DNA of 49,978 nucleotides. Source: an uncultured Bordetella sp. (GTDB taxonomy: Bacteria > Pseudomonadota > Gammaproteobacteria > Burkholderiales > SG8-39). A program made the position numbers and the translations under genes. The notes under the pieces are model-generated. The model saw only the letters and a list, made by a program, of their open reading frames with translations. It was not told the DNA's origin and did not search any database. Position 1 is the first letter of the stretch, and every line of letters starts with the position of its first letter. The stretch lies in the NCBI GenBank assembly GCA_964652785.1, contig CAZZDV010000006.1, forward strand, positions 1 through 49,978, in the 5' to 3' direction. This document shows positions 46,441-49,978 of the stretch, piece by piece.

Positions 46441-49374
46441 GTGAAGCGCATGCTATTCAATGCGACGCAGCAGGAGGAATTGCGCGTTGCAATCGTCGAT
46501 GGCCAAAAACTCATCGACCTCGATATCGAGTCTGCAGCAAGGGAACAACGCAAGAGCAACATCTACAAGGGTGTAATCACCCGCATCGAGCCCAGTCTGG
46601 AAGCCGCCTTCGTCGACTATGGCGAGGAAAGGCATGGCTTCCTGCCCTTCAAGGAAGTCTCCAAGAGCTACTTCAAGGAAAGCGCCGAGGCCGGCCGCGC
46701 CCGCATCCAGGACGCGCTCAAGGAAGGCCAGGAGCTCATCGTCCAGATCGAAAAGGACGAGCGCGGCAACAAGGGCGCGGCCCTCACCACCTTCATCAGC
46801 CTGGCCGGACGCTATCTCGTCCTCATGCCGAACAATCCCCGCGGCGGCGGCGTATCGCGCCGCGTGGAAGGCGAAGACCGCGACGAGCTGCGGGCCCTGA
46901 TCGACCAGCTCGAGATGCCCCAGGGCATGAGCGTCATCGCCCGCACGGCCGGCATCGGCCGCACGATCGAGGAACTCAAGTGGGACATGGGCTACCTCAT
47001 GCAATTGTGGGGCGCCATCGAGCAGGCGGCCACCGACCGCACGCCGGGCGAGGACGGGCGCTACAAGCCCAAGCCCTTCCTGATCTACCTGGAATCCAGC
47101 CTCGTCATCCGCGCGATCCGCGACTACTTCCAGCCCGACATCGGCGAGATCCTCATCGACACCGAGGAGATCTACGAGCAGGCCCAGGCTTTCATGCAGA
47201 CCGTGATGCCGGGCAACGTCAACAAGGTCAAGCTGTACCACGACGACGTCCCGCTCTTCTCGCGCTTCCAGATCGAGCACCAGATCGAGTCGGCGTTCTC
47301 GCGCCAGGTGAGCCTGCCCTCCGGCGGCGCCGTGGTCATCGACCATACGGAGGCGCTGGTTTCGATCGACGTCAACTCCGCTCGCGCCACCAAGGGCCAC
47401 GACATCGAGGAAACCGCGCTGCGGACCAACCTCGAAGCGGCCGATGAAGTCGCGCGGCAGTTGCGCCTTCGCGACCTCGGCGGCCTGATCGTCATCGACT
47501 TCATCGACATGGAGTCGCAGAAGAACCAGCGCGAAGTCGAGAACCGCCTGCGCGAAGCGCTCCATCACGACCGCGCCCGCGTCCAGACCGGCAAGATCTC
47601 GCGATTCGGCCTGCTCGAGCTGTCGCGGCAACGCCTGCAGCCTTCGCTCGGCGAGTCCAGCCACATCACCTGCCCGCGTTGCAGCGGAACGGGCCATATC
47701 CGCGGCATCGAGTCCACCGCACTGCACGTCCTGCGCATCCTGCAGGAAGAGGCGATGAAGGAAAACACCGGCGCGGTCCACGTCCAGGTGCCTGTGGATG
47801 TCGCGACCTTCCTGCTGAACGAGAAACGCAGCGAGATCCAGAAGCTCGAGACGCGCCTCAAGGTCAACATCCTGCTGATCCCGAACATCCATCTCGAGAC
47901 GCCGCACTACTCGGTCAACCGCCTGCGGCATGACGAGCTGAACGAGATGGACCACGTCCCCGCCAGCTTCGAGATGGTGAAGGAGCCCGAGGAGCAAAAG
48001 GACGCAATCGCCGGCGCCGAGCCGATCAAGCCGCGTCAGGAAGCCGCGGTCAAGGCGATCGTTCCCGACCAGCCTGCGCCGATGGTGCCGGACCGCCCGC
48101 CGGAAGAACGGGCCGCACGCCCGCCGCGCAGCGAGTCGCGTGACCAGCGCCCGCCCCGCCGGACCGAAGCGCCGGCAGCACCCGCGGTCGCTGCGCAACC
48201 CACCGAAGAAGAGCGCCCGGGCATCATTGGCCGCATCCTCGGCTGGTTCAAGCGCGAAGACGGGCAGCCCGCGACTTCATCGACCGCATCCGCGACCCAG
48301 CCACAGCCGGGAGCACAACCTGCGCAACCGCGCCGCGAGCAGCAGCGCGGGGACCGTGGCGAACGCTCAGGCGGTCGCGACAGGGGCGAGCGAGGCCGCG
48401 ACGGCCGTCCGCGCCAGGGCCGTGACGGCCAGGAGCCGCGTCGCAGTGACCAGCGGGGACCCCGCGGAGATCGTCCGCCGCGTGAGCCGCGTCCGGACGG
48501 GCAACGTGAAGAGCGCCCGGGTGGCGAACGTGCCCAGGGAGGCGAACGCCAGGGCGCGGATCGTCAAGGTGCCCGGCGTGACATGGACCAGCAGCGCCGC
48601 GACCAGCAACAGGGCCGCCCGCCGCGGGAACCGCGCGAGCCCAGGGAGCAGCGTGAGCCGAGGGAACAACGTGAGCCGCGTGCCGACCAGCCGCCGCGCG
48701 AGGCCCGTGAACCGCGAGCCGACCAGCCGCCGCGTGAACCGCGGCCGCCGATGCAGGAAGGAGAAGAAGGCGAGCGCCGTGGTCGCCGTCATCGCCGCGG
48801 CGGGCGCGATCGCGGTCCGCGCGAAGGCGCCCCGGGTGAGCAGCACCTCGACACAACGGCGGCTTCGCCCGATTCGACGCCAAGCCACTCATCGGAGCAG
48901 CAGCCGGTCGTTACCGCGATGAGCGAGTCTGCGGCAGTGGCAGTCGTCGACGTGTCCACTGCGCAGGTCCAGCAGCAGCCGGCACCCTACGTGCAACCGC
49001 CGCAAACGATGACCCAGACGCGTGAAGCGCCCCAGTCGCAGTCGTTTGTAGCCCAGCAACCTGAGCTTGAGCTTGAACCTGCGCCCATGCAGGTGCGCGA
49101 ACCTGCGCCGGAGCCGATGCGGCAAGCAGCCCCCGTTGCCGAAGTCGCGCCGGTCGCCGAAGTGACCCGCGTTGCCGAAGTGGCTCCGCCCCCTGCCCCG
49201 CGCCAGGATCCCAAGGAAGCGCTCTCGAGCTCGGGCCTCGTGATGATCGAGACCGATCCTTCGAGGCCCAAGTCCTACCAGCTCGAGGAAGAGAAGGTGC
49301 AGCTCGGGCGCGCGCGTCGCGAGCGTCCGAAGAGTGCCGAAGATCAGCTCATGCAGGTGGAAACCAAGAACTAG
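46441..49374 (+). CDS. rne: Ribonuclease E
   Basis: The N-terminus [31 protein letters not shown] is near-identical to the E. coli RNase E N-terminus. A catalytic domain of about 520 aa includes the zinc link CPRCSGTG. A long Arg/Pro/Glu-rich low-complexity C-terminal half follows. GTG start. Confidence 0.95.
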   Translation: MKRMLFNATQQEELRVAIVDGQKLIDLDIESAAREQRKSNIYKGVITRIEPSLEAAFVDYGEERHGFLPFKEVSKSYFKESAEAGRARIQDALKEGQELIVQIEKDERGNKGAALTTFISLAGRYLVLMPNNPRGGGVSRRVEGEDRDELRALIDQLEMPQGMSVIARTAGIGRTIEELKWDMGYLMQLWGAIEQAATDRTPGEDGRYKPKPFLIYLESSLVIRAIRDYFQPDIGEILIDTEEIYEQAQAFMQTVMPGNVNKVKLYHDDVPLFSRFQIEHQIESAFSRQVSLPSGGAVVIDHTEALVSIDVNSARATKGHDIEETALRTNLEAADEVARQLRLRDLGGLIVIDFIDMESQKNQREVENRLREALHHDRARVQTGKISRFGLLELSRQRLQPSLGESSHITCPRCSGTGHIRGIESTALHVLRILQEEAMKENTGAVHVQVPVDVATFLLNEKRSEIQKLETRLKVNILLIPNIHLETPHYSVNRLRHDELNEMDHVPASFEMVKEPEEQKDAIAGAEPIKPRQEAAVKAIVPDQPAPMVPDRPPEERAARPPRSESRDQRPPRRTEAPAAPAVAAQPTEEERPGIIGRILGWFKREDGQPATSSTASATQPQPGAQPAQPRREQQRGDRGERSGGRDRGERGRDGRPRQGRDGQEPRRSDQRGPRGDRPPREPRPDGQREERPGGERAQGGERQGADRQGARRDMDQQRRDQQQGRPPREPREPREQREPREQREPRADQPPREAREPRADQPPREPRPPMQEGEEGERRGRRHRRGGRDRGPREGAPGEQHLDTTAASPDSTPSHSSEQQPVVTAMSESAAVAVVDVSTAQVQQQPAPYVQPPQTMTQTREAPQSQSFVAQQPELELEPAPMQVREPAPEPMRQAAPVAEVAPVAEVTRVAEVAPPPAPRQDPKEALSSSGLVMIETDPSRPKSYQLEEEKVQLGRARRERPKSAEDQLMQVETKN
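48637..48744 (+). repeat. In-frame tandem coding repeats in the rne C-terminal region
   Basis: An 18-nt unit x2 (EPREQR) lies at 48637-48672. A 36-nt unit x2 ([12 protein letters not shown]) lies at 48673-48744. Confidence 0.85.
49135..49188 (+). repeat. 18-nt x3 in-frame tandem repeat ([18 protein letters not shown]) near the rne 3' end
   Basis: GTTGCCGAAGTCGCGCCG / GTCGCCGAAGTGACCCGC / GTTGCCGAAGTGGCTCCG. Confidence 0.85.
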
Positions 49375-49395
49375 GTTTGCGCAAAGTCGCAAGGC

Positions 49396-49430
49396 GAACG
49401 GCCCGCGGATTTCGGCGGGCCGTTTTTCTT
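49396..49430 (+). terminator. Rho-independent terminator after rne
   Basis: AACGGCCCGC-ggatttcg-GCGGGCCGTT forms a perfect 10-bp stem, followed by TTTCTTT. It lies between the convergent rne and uvrB genes. Confidence 0.8.
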
Positions 49431-49978
49431 TCAGTCGGACGCGATCTCGACCCCGAAGACGCGCTTTCGCAGCTCGTGCAGCTGGTCGCGCGCTTCCGCC
49501 GCCTTCTCGAACTCCAGGTTGCGCGCGTGCTGGACCATCTCCTTCTCCAGCCGCTTGATCTCCCGCGCCAGCTCTTTCTCGCTCATGCGCTCGTAGCGCG
49601 CCTCGTCTTTCGCGGCCCTCAGTGACGCGTGCGCCTCGTCGGCGTCGTACACGCCGTCGATGAGGTCGCGGATGCGCTTGGTGATGCCCTTGGGTTCGAT
49701 GCCGTGCTCGGTGTTATGGGCGATCTGCTTGTTGCGCCGGCGCTCGGTCTCGCCGATCGCGGCCGTCATCGAGTCGGTGACCCTGTCGGCATAAAGGATC
49801 GCCCGGCCATTGATATGCCGCGCGGCCCGCCCGATCGTCTGGATCAGCGATCGCTCAGAGCGCAGGAAGCCTTCCTTGTCCGCGTCCAGGATCGCGACCA
49901 GCGAAACTTCAGGCAGGTCGAGGCCTTCGCGCAAGAGGTTGATGCCGACGAGCACGTCGAACACGCCCAGCCTGAGAT
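49431..49978 (-). CDS. uvrB: Excinuclease ABC subunit B, C-terminal part (5' end outside window)
   Basis: Contains helicase motifs V-VI ([26 protein letters not shown]...QTIGRAARH) and the C-terminal UVR domain ([17 protein letters not shown]). The frame is open to the window edge. Confidence 0.93.
   Translation of the reverse strand, partial: LRLGVFDVLVGINLLREGLDLPEVSLVAILDADKEGFLRSERSLIQTIGRAARHINGRAILYADRVTDSMTAAIGETERRRNKQIAHNTEHGIEPKGITKRIRDLIDGVYDADEAHASLRAAKDEARYERMSEKELAREIKRLEKEMVQHARNLEFEKAAEARDQLHELRKRVFGVEIASD

Noticed and set aside
46453-48198. 581-aa ORF antisense to rne
   Set aside because: It overlaps the highly conserved RNase E catalytic domain on the opposite strand. It is low-complexity and Arg/Asp/Leu/Gly-rich, with no recognisable domain.
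48628-48750. Periodic short repeats that could superficially resemble a repeat/spacer array
   Set aside because: The units are contiguous with an 18/36-nt period and no spacers. They are in frame within rne and encode [16 protein letters not shown] peptide repeats, so this is not a CRISPR array.

Overview
This is a densely packed, high-GC chromosomal segment. Its synteny looks betaproteobacterial, possibly Burkholderiales-like: a Bug/TctC binding protein, DUF4845 between lepB and rnc, and the rpoE-mucA/B/D-grx-lepA order. That assignment is an inference. About 60 protein genes and 3 tRNAs leave no unexplained gap longer than about 365 nt.

The second half (22-50 kb) is core housekeeping in conserved order: pgsA-uvrC; nagZ-acpS-pdxJ-recO-era-rnc-DUF4845-lepB-lepA; grx-like-mucD-mucB-mucA-rpoE; fabF-acpP-fabG-fabD-fabH-plsX-rpmF-yceD; maf; sppA-Rieske-HAD-rluC; rne; and the uvrB 3' end.

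The first half mixes housekeeping genes (tadA, ygfZ, mltG, tmk, holB) with more accessory-looking loci:
- a PIG-L deacetylase with nagB;
- a fused class II aldolase/SDR gene co-transcribed with mtnA;
- a lower-GC ankyrin gene flanked by AT-rich imperfect inverted repeats;
- a tightly coupled nicX-like / hydrolase / ACAD / CoA-ligase operon;
- a convergent pxpBCA-hydratase operon.

I found no CRISPR array, transposase, integrase, prophage or recognisable defence system, and I do not claim a new system. The most interesting candidates are pathway-level: a possible DHAP-shunt variant and an uncharacterised N-heterocycle cluster. There are also small structural oddities: an internally deleted yffB-like gene, a 21-bp tandem duplication in mtnA, the ankyrin cassette, and a long structured rne leader. 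All start codons are inferred by eye from homology and gene spacing, and no database searches were run.
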